From a virus (Duplodnaviria > Caudoviricetes): a DNA stretch of 55,561 nt. The first letter of the stretch is position 1. The number at the start of each line of letters is the position of its first letter. The notes beneath the pieces were generated by a model, which saw nothing but the letters and a program-made list of their open reading frames with translations, did not search any database and was not told the DNA's origin. The translations under genes were made by a program, and so were the position numbers. Of this stretch, positions 44,801-49,345 are shown one piece after another. The stretch is taken from positions 1 to 55,561 of IMG/VR virus record IMGVR_UViG_3300030333_004442; one strand, written 5' to 3'.

Positions 44801-45171
44801 GAGTATGTTGTGGCGGCTGTCACCGATGAATTTAATTTAACATGCCCAACGGCACTGGGAAAATGATAATCAAGAATATATTCATCAAGCCCAGACGCTT
44901 CGTTGCGCCATTCCATCTTTTCAGTCTCAGAGCCGTCGTAGGGATAGGACTTTAAGATGTGGTTTATAGCATCTTCATAATATTTCTCAGCAGAACCATA
45001 GCGGGCAAAATTCTCAGGCGCAGAATAATCAATCCGTGGAATCAGCTTGTTGTTTTTATCTGTGTTCGCGGTGATGAGGTCGTAGGATTCCACCTCGTCG
45101 TCAAGCTTGTCTAATTCTGCCTTGCCGACGACTTTATTTGACGTTTTACCAAATAAATCTTTGATGCTCAT
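29857..45171 (-). CDS. Giant 5104-aa baseplate wedge/adhesin protein with LamG (ConA-like) domains
   Basis: Uninterrupted ORF. LamG patterns include TIEFWAK...WHHYAFAV...LFIDG...LDEFRYW and ISVWAKP...EWNNVVL...FNGELMEFSMW. IYKTKGTEKSFRNLIRCFG is a T4 gp7/P2 gpI-like wedge motif. It lies two genes after gp6. Confidence 0.8.
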   Translation of the reverse strand: MSIKDLFGKTSNKVVGKAELDKLDDEVESYDLITANTDKNNKLIPRIDYSAPENFARYGSAEKYYEDAINHILKSYPYDGSETEKMEWRNEASGLDEYILDYHFPSAVGHVKLNSSVTAATTYSDTGSGVWYRYAANTGQHITIKGGPHKDPDVQEDDEYELSKQFPPKGGRANIWDDEMFRESNLGINPSYGNTIEFWAKRDALLATNQSVCLFDLWNGAAHTAANYTRFTISVPGAPSSAGTHFHVTYKYGNAAEGVEEAGLTIPTATLDTMGATSGATWMQNWHHYAFAVSNTDSGIKIDLFIDGTYSTTVTAGNKITSTISQEGFVANINALRTKPLNSSPAALTDGDGGAKGLYLDEFRYWKKTRNAKEIGRYWFTPCFGGTNTDNTKYDKDAGINVDLGVYFKFNEGVYDDTTPTTTDAQCLDYSGRISNGTISNYSTAVRVTTSAMDESTKVIEMGVTEPKDPTMYATHTEIETLKTNLMLSGSMWDNQNNASFYHTMPGWILEEDNDSMVIKTLVQTLASYLDTIHSQIDMLGEIRDSKYFDLGDSQTKPVFFAKQLLRSVGFDVVDIFSEASSLEEIVSRGEQDMFENRIQDIKNVIYQNIYNNISYIYKTKGTEKSFRNLIRCFGVDDELVKLNLYADGVDYTLDGRRTNSSVKKNYIDFNHVDRKDGVAFSKDVYASSSDERGYVAGVTTDQAKLLSTTMTAQVIFPLQLDTDHPSFYHKGFNTISLFGCKEANHVCATATITTTGNPSNDETFVLTDAAGLAVTFVFKTGVATADGTKDGDNVIIGTSGAAGSAAAVGERIIAAINASDVAMTATEVSGGVVRLTQDGFGTAGHTAVDMSGVTTVTATNFTGAYELYDQTGTNQIGRMQIQAIMGANEYSSSTRDVTSARFKLIYTDADGDHEIISDEYKDVWDNSTWNFAVRIVPTDAALGDYVTGATASKYSIDFYGVQLQLGEVLNEFKLNAFYNGATAVAKARAMIATPKIFYIGHYRDNFAVNAGTLYSDVKVTDLMYWFDKLESQEIKIHSTDVTNTGRLYPNDDAYAFFSELSDGTVSDIRVPRKDTLALHWDFSNNTQSDASGLFTIDDVSGGGASYITEARYGWFTNLIGYRHTGVASFDAASCANDTNVINREYTYSAIHRLPEVLSGDDMVEIRTQDDDTFGKNAKPINHFWAIEKSMYQVISQEMLTLFASVLEFNDLIGQPVHRYRMEYKTLQKFRSLFYERVENVPSFEKFVAFYKWLDSSVGLMMQQLIPASGNFSESMRNMVENHLLERSKYWTKFPTLEMKQDPPAATLRGIREMTYDWEHGHAPITSMTKATGTITTTGNPSNNETFTLTDAAGLAVTFVFKTGVTTVDGTKDGDNVIIGVSGASGHAASVGDRIRAAINASDLAMTATETSGGAMTLTQHGLSASGNTAIDMSGVTTVTATDFTGGIGSDSPDHCLWWNERAIRTDLGFLPATAVDIERETIRKSKVRDVLGQNKMVEVSTGGFVEQGEPTLYDIKTAKHYEGSTYATRRLSRPYKLNLDQSPIIAGGPNFANATPASPNDMMRSSTRMGHNIQITSLQDDAPICQDEYTIQDGPIGEKRRAHIVTLADTVLSTTTPLKGSLITHPRYGAYPNDASPTWRNVHHDSYGQDHEVPMQGVFASEWVGGNQHRHIDLNKFLDGALNAEATRAELYKVTGGNTIKHPHDVNTDHPAARWTRDGTAKRAFNIANINTAVNEDNYTTYTGTPKLGNYTRDYEVVQTSGRSQNNRWHVRNPEYTPDSIVSTYITGLYDFSLPDRTKNSADESFGRTEHVFVERFSAPGEPATLSRGALDIQAEEFSAYNSLNYRNLRVRNHLNFWHKEHTAQFGYREDYIHGTESDAIGGVSNDFGGNTANVGAWHKNNRNPLTRMYLHSPTQVETRRRYDNFYISHQIPQSDWQYHWITSSAVHFNISGQPALQEYDDEERAAYTPTVFPWNNDGDGDSTDKLIFHPRLSGYITDYPNATIGVSGSLDWILTGAGAGQEVSSPGLLTSGSLGITYNSGGTSTTVNVDVDFVYGNYIVVDPVDWTNNLIGASCPSCELNRPLAEYGTGTQKPAAGNATLNALLLNRNGPYQGASWKMLQNGYSPIVRQQRQRNVITIQNTPDSNKLYENKKEAINGAIKIYVNSVPSADFTITADPLIEETDTAAEWTVTVPVAQFSGDGAVQAIANYIAGKINELDEVYNVLGKIDGTSKISASSTEGSNIVVIETVETGALVNLNSIVVTLPAADVATSSGNLTDSSALYFTEAASIKTTANDHSLPIEASSTGLVIADDSGNKKITVYFQGGADEKVRSWRYNDRRSDNHTKYIEPAATWNMPMQHMLSEKTDNIGVTAVHSYSNNLKTFANPKLSYKTGFDIKDTSQNYDVLFDKYSPFNATQPELDFVGLFYKEYIFPKNRNVGLLKTRARASWDDVAAEDISSIPTGQLRIFWKNNVFERIKGPISTTVNAIGYTSAYKPSYLLEEDGTSLDSWNQSRSIFAMDNFVYDREDATGATAEWTCKGDLQYVGWPTYMSWIINRSCEFTPQTDYVNYANLDVSNLEDKLGTNLIQAALGKFDYSLQSHFDGGIGMGFTGSIREYLQIPDMMATGGGGPKAEVHYNRNSNSSQKYAEVIGLTFDGYRSEVVGGTKVGFYGGEPKMGADATLDGGGGYDDIVVSDHTVNIETATRAEISPRCISPEVVVQLYYNPHGEEKREGAWRYKTNEMAGKNPWYDKYIDFSLETRCMAQNYGVVAEFRVSEHMDKYLMIDGGDFRTKNFNFLSLHGASYNTVAPHYATHETAWSGKVTYPSEKVYSPDGTYENVVSEFPHSDEMYSGWQDLSVDSDDPTTGFEYLQNRIKTMNNAFSNSEGRGTFNSPSAYTDYVFQNPIYVGGNMSIENCNATLIPVMGEGGYAQILPSSPWDGRVSWGQGTADDGTGRHSWFAAGEELLTEVEDGATTSYKGGDSDADGIFGYDDPDLTATTSGTGNPDLPPVYREANSFSEWKSITPFSNDKSTADPALACMKFNMNGATDEYMHGQITLWDKYTTTSANDTNIYGVSPFGKMTEKRHYDTLRVPSDAASESGATSQARLELYASDATTNTKGTPITISVWAKPEVTGCSTDQAVYDNVPVGLYVFGSYINAHFNQESQRVDFEVNPKNQKSPGNWRRDIHSAEGAWGVYANFPAPVELRDDYPFGMGLTFFMNQAGDDHRRETMLGVNAIDKHPSFDWDEKNIYHFFRRDTQGDSDDNNDKWVPATLPEGEWNNVVLQILPAIGSKPPKIKMTLTNSKTRPDGDETTNKLYSEVLYGIHRSALTNTTYRKTVYSVVPVGKTAAWGEEYGWGGNDFSADNNNFMYNYDYKIGKAVFADVTDNRILATKRREDEYWYFNGELMEFSMWAGVLSKADINWIRPQPKNLLEGYLNGEVLGGYTKLSVAQEEWGNNAPTGVLTVSNMREGTVKTATGAISYSQTQIGLTTEASCSTCKLAVWHRLGVHPTINIGEMCEDWDDEFFNSYVHTDTIQFYDAIVEDHDGISPTARRRLRFKVNALKKLMPYRGFYPQDRTLQLAELFTQKMKASITGADTTILLEEQAMQAAMQPFFAPGILYNSIKAGIAVDWPAFTNATGLEPVYPNSQCTLPFYNEDIHGLSSEAWHAKMLTDALLGDRGPEVQLSSIVPNWFSPRANPYSPDEGLLAEYEKFTSDADAAEAEEYIVQQQANQLKKLYKAQPKFFACLSEGVEQGEGGACADAANGYIIRAEPDIRIPFEGLVSLDSVLPKSSDNLESLGSTIDEGDFKYVDLEISGWDCEGVEITFKQPEALFAAQNDDSEYPDGNDEWAGNYTIRSHSVTIGDRDREIGGSDWDVNVDFQRPPKGFGMPSFNQDGSSTFAGESDAQWSIPPYSNADPITLDEMNEEIAVKLCYHINHERPDIHFVAIPGQLISYKWSDRTDHDRKWNGDAVARIFPAVYPEIFGISKDDLAPTTTDDTLDPYKDHGASYVNNLWNKPELFKPDTMAPPRVGRQHSGTWRIRLVYVGPPKMRLDLAQVELSHTEVASDSNSFGFAANSITELGMKPWEGVASESSCSEDSFSTDDYSPYDTGNTNHTSMAKAGGGGFINSAMLIENEEDIYSEEGPAGCPQHWIHQSLHSEAVKHIPLNWKVLHLVNPFQNTDDTGNSLSDYEYPYTGGAGQDAPSYWMRAGSVEPWCFFTGGAEKASDMVDGAILGDVCAVSITRHLGTLALCEWIDGWGWKGSAKYSVDTELGIRQVSADGVTMKGNYNDQRRYDTVSGGIQSISGGFAWDGGLQSFQNDASYLFTQDETLGVESTFSERTGSNVAVMEESAKPQQGPFTLYGGYTAEDINQIRVTPKPHQIYLMVPEYYVGAGNESGGGDTGKAYASNWRNYCYPYFEYQGNNGDPRFEMAMHNFLAEVPNFFLKDSKLVSFASKPESQFKVMEAGKTYYMNVSMNQSENFTTLASPYSDSYALGRPNKIAFGETGTSVFTMEGRYYGPAFQWKGLDDYRINDEAGLNSIEAQMLRDPAQAPYVPPYLYGKQTARISFTPSITKKFTLEEIFAGAKVTNISPEAWQRFVKCAQEDNGDIWYNSREISSSPAWKARTTISASMNLFGKTSIKQIEYRAQLANLRDDLDESLQKFVPLTATDSQGSSGDVWTIGTKWECPILNFYTAPALSTMAVPALSDFEAGAFGLPSGRAQLALTPAWSDSDLQIAQSENGYVIKDTTTEGENSGMGIWSSYGVIPAEAQGVFVTIEESTISSATKSHSLAHGSLIDVCGFQPQKQKVGEIAPSKEISEAVVMIPFVDKESDTTAETIVVDGRHFFKINKDLFNMQKNNIEAGDPAVKPMQWFGVTSNQEIQETSISKMIKLMKKYNLPPKFDFVRYPMEASEDPFVMYIFEFNHRFDKQDLADIWQGLPPKIAVTAEHDSSTLIHDLSPVDFFEENNLPRHVRWMTFKVKKRAKEDYFEATARGTDDGRFSFDFEMGKTPPKYSYNWPYDYFTMLELIQVEAGLDIFENQLLQVPQVTSSQDEISSSEVRRQIGAVKESSVQDMSRAPATFTFGTEEDR
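40834..41181 (-). repeat. 116-aa duplicated domain, copy 2
   Basis: ATGTITTTGNPSNNETFTLTDAAGLAVTFVFKTG...DMSGVTTVTATDFTG; 348 nt, colinear with 42580-42927. Confidence 0.95.
42580..42927 (-). repeat. 116-aa duplicated domain, copy 1
   Basis: ATATITTTGNPSNDETFVLTDAAGLAVTFVFKTG...DMSGVTTVTATNFTG; 348 nt. Confidence 0.95.
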
Positions 45172-45173
45172 TA

Positions 45174-47000
45174 TCAGTCTACCCTAAACTTAAAAACTTC
45201 TTCTTGTTCAGTGATGACTCCATCAATCGAAGTCAAGAACCGAATCCCATACATATAGCCAGCCTCCAGCAACGACATATCGAAATCAAAATAGCTTCCT
45301 TCGCCATCATAAGAGAGTTTGGTGTGGTCATTGCTTGTAGTGGCGGTCCCTCTGCCATAATCAAACAAGACTTCATCGTCTACAACTCTAAAGATTTTGA
45401 AGTAAACATTGTCAACGATTTTGTTCTGCAAAGACCTCCTAGCTACTGTATAAATAGTTGGCGACCAATCTTTTAATCGTGTGTAAACCCGAAAACGTGG
45501 CGACTCACTTCTTGTATAAGAGTTTTTAAGGTTAGTGATGTTGAAAATATATCTATCTTTCTTTTCTGATGTGGTAAGGCTTCTCTGATTGACGGAGATT
45601 GACCCAGTGTGAAGCACTTCCCATGTCGATTCATCTGCACCACCAGTTGCTGCCGAATACCACTTGTCATACACAATCGAGCCCGTCGTATCGACAACAC
45701 AAGAAACTTTGTATACACCAGTGGAGGGGTTCGTCGCAGCGAGTGCAGTCGCAGAATTGAAGCTATCGTTAGGGTCTTTCACTGACGCCAACTGAGTGTA
45801 ATCTGGGTCTGTATAAAATCTAACATACAATTCCTCACCAGATGGGAATGTATAATTGCTCCTGCTGCCCCCAACAGAATTATAAAGAAAGAGGTTGTTC
45901 GTGTTCTGGGCATTTGTAAACATCTTACTTTCTGCATGAAAATTAGACCTCTGGTCTTGTTCCGAGGCATCCCAACGAGCTTCGATGCATGGTCGTTTAA
46001 AGAAATACTGAGAAGTGCGGGCAAAGAATTTCTTAGTATAGAATGATTTGCCAACATTCTCGTTTGTAATTTTAATAATGAACCCTTTGTGTGAAGCCTG
46101 CATATCGCTTAATGAGCGAAGCGAGCCGCTACTCCAAATAACACTTTCCATATGCGATGTAATGTCGAGCAGGATATCTTCCTCGCCTGTAGTAAAATCC
46201 TGCGATACAACTGCACTGCCGCCATAATCACCCGTGTTGATGCCCATTGCTGTGCCCCATTCCGTATAATCAAGACCACTAGTCATGTAATAACTCGCTG
46301 TCTGAAAGGTGCCAGAATCTGCACTGATAGAATAGGGGTAGTTTCCGACTGCGCCCGCTGATGCCGCAGTCAATGTGACAACACCAGAAGAATTCGTAGC
46401 AGACACTTTGTCCGTAGCTGCCTCGATTGCGTCTTTAATAGCCTCGCCCACATTCGTTTTAGTTGGCGAACCGGGGGCGGTAGCGGTGATGCTGGTATCT
46501 CCTATCTTTATGGAAATTTCTTCTGCCGCATTTGGAACAGTTTGAACCGTAATCTTACCAGTCCCTGTGCCGCCTGCTGTATCATTACGATATTTCCATG
46601 ATGCCGCACCCTCATCTGTATACTCGCCCATGTCGAGTCCACTTCCCTCGGTCCATGTGCTGGAGAGCGTATGAACGCTTAGATTAAAATTACGAGGCAG
46701 AGTTTCCGCATGAACAGCGTTGAAAAGCCGCAAAATATATTTTGGCTTATTGGACGCATCCGGTGTTGGTAAATCACCAGCGACAAGCGATGCTCGGAGC
46801 GTTTCCATATCAAACCTAATCAAGATGCGGGCTATCTCTTTAGAGTCGTTCCCAGTTGAGGTGACCTGACCATGAAGGACAAACACCTCAAGAATGTCAG
46901 CAACACCCATGTTGGCTTTTACGCCGCGCTCTGTCAAGCCTTCTTTATACGCATTTGTAATTGTTGTATCGGCTTCCGCTGCCAACCTGTAGATGCTCAT
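45174..47000 (-). CDS. Virion protein with DNRLRE-like N-terminal domain
   Basis: ADTTIT...ANMG..DILEV...ARILIRFD...LRLFN...WTEGSG...ASW follows a DNRLRE-like pattern; Ig-like C-terminus. Confidence 0.6.
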   Translation of the reverse strand: MSIYRLAAEADTTITNAYKEGLTERGVKANMGVADILEVFVLHGQVTSTGNDSKEIARILIRFDMETLRASLVAGDLPTPDASNKPKYILRLFNAVHAETLPRNFNLSVHTLSSTWTEGSGLDMGEYTDEGAASWKYRNDTAGGTGTGKITVQTVPNAAEEISIKIGDTSITATAPGSPTKTNVGEAIKDAIEAATDKVSATNSSGVVTLTAASAGAVGNYPYSISADSGTFQTASYYMTSGLDYTEWGTAMGINTGDYGGSAVVSQDFTTGEEDILLDITSHMESVIWSSGSLRSLSDMQASHKGFIIKITNENVGKSFYTKKFFARTSQYFFKRPCIEARWDASEQDQRSNFHAESKMFTNAQNTNNLFLYNSVGGSRSNYTFPSGEELYVRFYTDPDYTQLASVKDPNDSFNSATALAATNPSTGVYKVSCVVDTTGSIVYDKWYSAATGGADESTWEVLHTGSISVNQRSLTTSEKKDRYIFNITNLKNSYTRSESPRFRVYTRLKDWSPTIYTVARRSLQNKIVDNVYFKIFRVVDDEVLFDYGRGTATTSNDHTKLSYDGEGSYFDFDMSLLEAGYMYGIRFLTSIDGVITEQEEVFKFRVD

Positions 47001-48844
47001 TAGATAATCACTCCTGAAATATCATTTGCTGGATACTTAATTTCATATATTACATTCAGTGGCATTTCAATATAACGACCGTCTGCTGAGGTCGAAGCTT
47101 CAAGGTCGAAACGAATGTCTGAATAGGAACGAGTACCAGAGTTACCGAGCCTCTGTGTGATGCGTACATCGGTAACATCTACCAGACCATCGACCTTTTT
47201 TAGTTCTTTGTACACATCGGTAATAAAGAATGGTTCGCCAATGTCGGGATACCTCATATAATAATTTATTAACCGCTCGCGGGCAGCTTTTAACACATCG
47301 TGCTTGGGAACCTCGACAGACGCAATAGCAGTAAAATCAATGCCGATGTTTATGACCTTTGCATCCATGATATCAATCGTATCATTAATCATCTTGTTCT
47401 TTGTCAGCCACGTTTTAAGATTCTTTTTCACCACATCGTTTGCTTGAGTCAAGGTGCCGCCCCTATTCTCACACAAAACATAAAGATTCAAATTTCTCTT
47501 TAGAGAGTCGTGGTCACGAAGTATTTTGCATCTTTTAATTCCACCAAATTTTTCTGGCATCTTGTAGACATATGATTCATAATCTTGCTGTGTCACGGCT
47601 CTGTTTTGAGTCGCATAATTATCATAGATGCGATGCTTTAGCTCTGTGGCATCAGGCAACCTAACATATCCCACAATCGGGTCTTCGTTATCAATCTCCA
47701 ATGAGCCTCTGACGGCTTTAACATTGTTCGTGTCCAAGACTGTTAAGTCTTCAAACTCTAATCTTGCAGTCGCGACCTTGTTCAGTTGCCCGACTCGACA
47801 ATTGACATTTGAAGATGTATTCATTCGGTATGTCACGGATAAGACAGTGTTTGATGGACCAATACCAAACTTGTCACTTTCAATTAGTCGGGTCGGGTCA
47901 AACGCCTCGTCTGTAATATAATTCTTTCCATGAACCTTCATAACAACAGCCGATGGTTCTGCTATCATATCTTTGGGAAGCGCCACATCAGAACTCGCAC
48001 CAAACTGAACTATCGTCTTTCTTCTGTTACGCTCTGTGGTGAAACGGCGAGGAACCATAAACGGCTTCAAGATTTCTGCGGCTTGGTCACCAACGCTATA
48101 TGAATAGGTTGTGCTGCCACAGGTTTTATCACGGTTTGTGACACCTCGATAAATTACATTTTGTGAAAGGAAGTCGGTTTCATAATACTCGTTGCCCTCT
48201 TCATCTGTAATCTTCATAACCTCAGCAATGTCCAAAGCATTTAATTCAAGCCTTCTAAATTTCTTAAACGAGCCAATGGTGTGCCGTTCAATATAATACC
48301 TGCCAGACACGACTTGACCAAACGCCTTTACAGCAAACGCAGTTGGCGTTCCAGTATCCTCGTTCTGTCGAGCAACGCGAACTTCATTGTTAGGGTTTCC
48401 AAAATGAACATCTTCGTTCAAAATAAATCCCGCGCCGGTTGAAGCTTTGAATGTACTGCCTCTGCGGAGAACTGGCATGTATCTCTTATCTGGACCAAGC
48501 CCCGATGAAGTTGCAGGAATCAAAACATAAAAGGTTGCAATGCCATATGATGACGGTGCAGTCTTAAACTTCCAGCCCAGTTGACGACCCAGCTTAATGA
48601 TGTTATTGTATTCGACCGATGTATGGAGGAATGTTTCGTTTGCCTGATAGTCAAGGTAGAATGACAACATGTCACCAATATAGGCAACTGTATCAATCAT
48701 CAGAGAACCAAAACTTGCTTCATTAAAATCTCGATAGGTGTCGGGATAATACCTTCTTACATAATCCGTCAAATCCTTCTTGATAGTGTCGAACTCTCGA
48801 CTAGTATATTTGATTGCTATAGCTCTGACCTTTTTATCGCTCAT
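47000..48844 (-). CDS. gp6: Baseplate wedge subunit (T4 gp6 / baseplate J-like)
   Basis: YTSREFDTIKKDL, DFNEASFGSLMIDTVAYIGDMLSFYLD, NETFL and QNRAVTQQDYE motifs; adjacent to gp25. Confidence 0.88.
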   Translation of the reverse strand: MSDKKVRAIAIKYTSREFDTIKKDLTDYVRRYYPDTYRDFNEASFGSLMIDTVAYIGDMLSFYLDYQANETFLHTSVEYNNIIKLGRQLGWKFKTAPSSYGIATFYVLIPATSSGLGPDKRYMPVLRRGSTFKASTGAGFILNEDVHFGNPNNEVRVARQNEDTGTPTAFAVKAFGQVVSGRYYIERHTIGSFKKFRRLELNALDIAEVMKITDEEGNEYYETDFLSQNVIYRGVTNRDKTCGSTTYSYSVGDQAAEILKPFMVPRRFTTERNRRKTIVQFGASSDVALPKDMIAEPSAVVMKVHGKNYITDEAFDPTRLIESDKFGIGPSNTVLSVTYRMNTSSNVNCRVGQLNKVATARLEFEDLTVLDTNNVKAVRGSLEIDNEDPIVGYVRLPDATELKHRIYDNYATQNRAVTQQDYESYVYKMPEKFGGIKRCKILRDHDSLKRNLNLYVLCENRGGTLTQANDVVKKNLKTWLTKNKMINDTIDIMDAKVINIGIDFTAIASVEVPKHDVLKAARERLINYYMRYPDIGEPFFITDVYKELKKVDGLVDVTDVRITQRLGNSGTRSYSDIRFDLEASTSADGRYIEMPLNVIYEIKYPANDISGVII

Positions 48845-48864
48845 TCAAATCTTCCTCGCGTGTT

Positions 48865-48873
48865 GTAATTAGG
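48865..48873 (-). promoter_or_regulatory. Putative late promoter motif CTAATTA
   Basis: Overlaps the gp25 stop; ~22 nt before ATG 48844. Confidence 0.4.
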
Positions 48874-49291
48874 CACTATTCTGAGATACTGTCGCAGTAT
48901 CCTCACCAGTAACATAGAGGTCCAACCCATCTACACTGTCCAGTGGTAAAATTCGGTATGTCAACTTAATTGACAGCGTATTCGCTCCATATATAGGATT
49001 GTCATCTTGTGTTCCGAAATCGACGCTAATGACCTTTACAAATGGCATATATTTTTTAGTCTGCTTCTTAATTCTGGCTTCAATCGTTCCCCAAGTCTTA
49101 GCATGGTTTTGTTCAAACAAAAAGTTACGCAACCCGACACCGAACATTGGGTCCATCATCCGTTCGCCGGGAGCAGTCAAAATCAACATTTTCATGTTCT
49201 GCTTGACCATCTCTTTATATGTTTTTGTTAGCTTATATCCGTCGCTTGGATGCAAGGACATTGGCAACTTTGGTGACAAACCTTCTGGCAT
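48869..49291 (-). CDS. gp25: Baseplate wedge / sheath initiator (T4 gp25, GPW-like)
   Basis: VKQNMKMLILTAPGERMMDPMFGVGLRNFLFE...YMPFV. Confidence 0.92.
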   Translation of the reverse strand: MPEGLSPKLPMSLHPSDGYKLTKTYKEMVKQNMKMLILTAPGERMMDPMFGVGLRNFLFEQNHAKTWGTIEARIKKQTKKYMPFVKVISVDFGTQDDNPIYGANTLSIKLTYRILPLDSVDGLDLYVTGEDTATVSQNSA

Positions 49292-49306
49292 AGTGTATTT
49301 CTCCTT

Positions 49307-49317
49307 CTATAAATATC
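49307..49317 (-). promoter_or_regulatory. Putative late promoter motif GATATTTATA
   Basis: In the intergenic gap immediately upstream of the gp25 SD (AAGGAG). Confidence 0.45.
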
Positions 49318-49345
49318 TTGCTGGATAGAAAGTGGGATTATTTAT

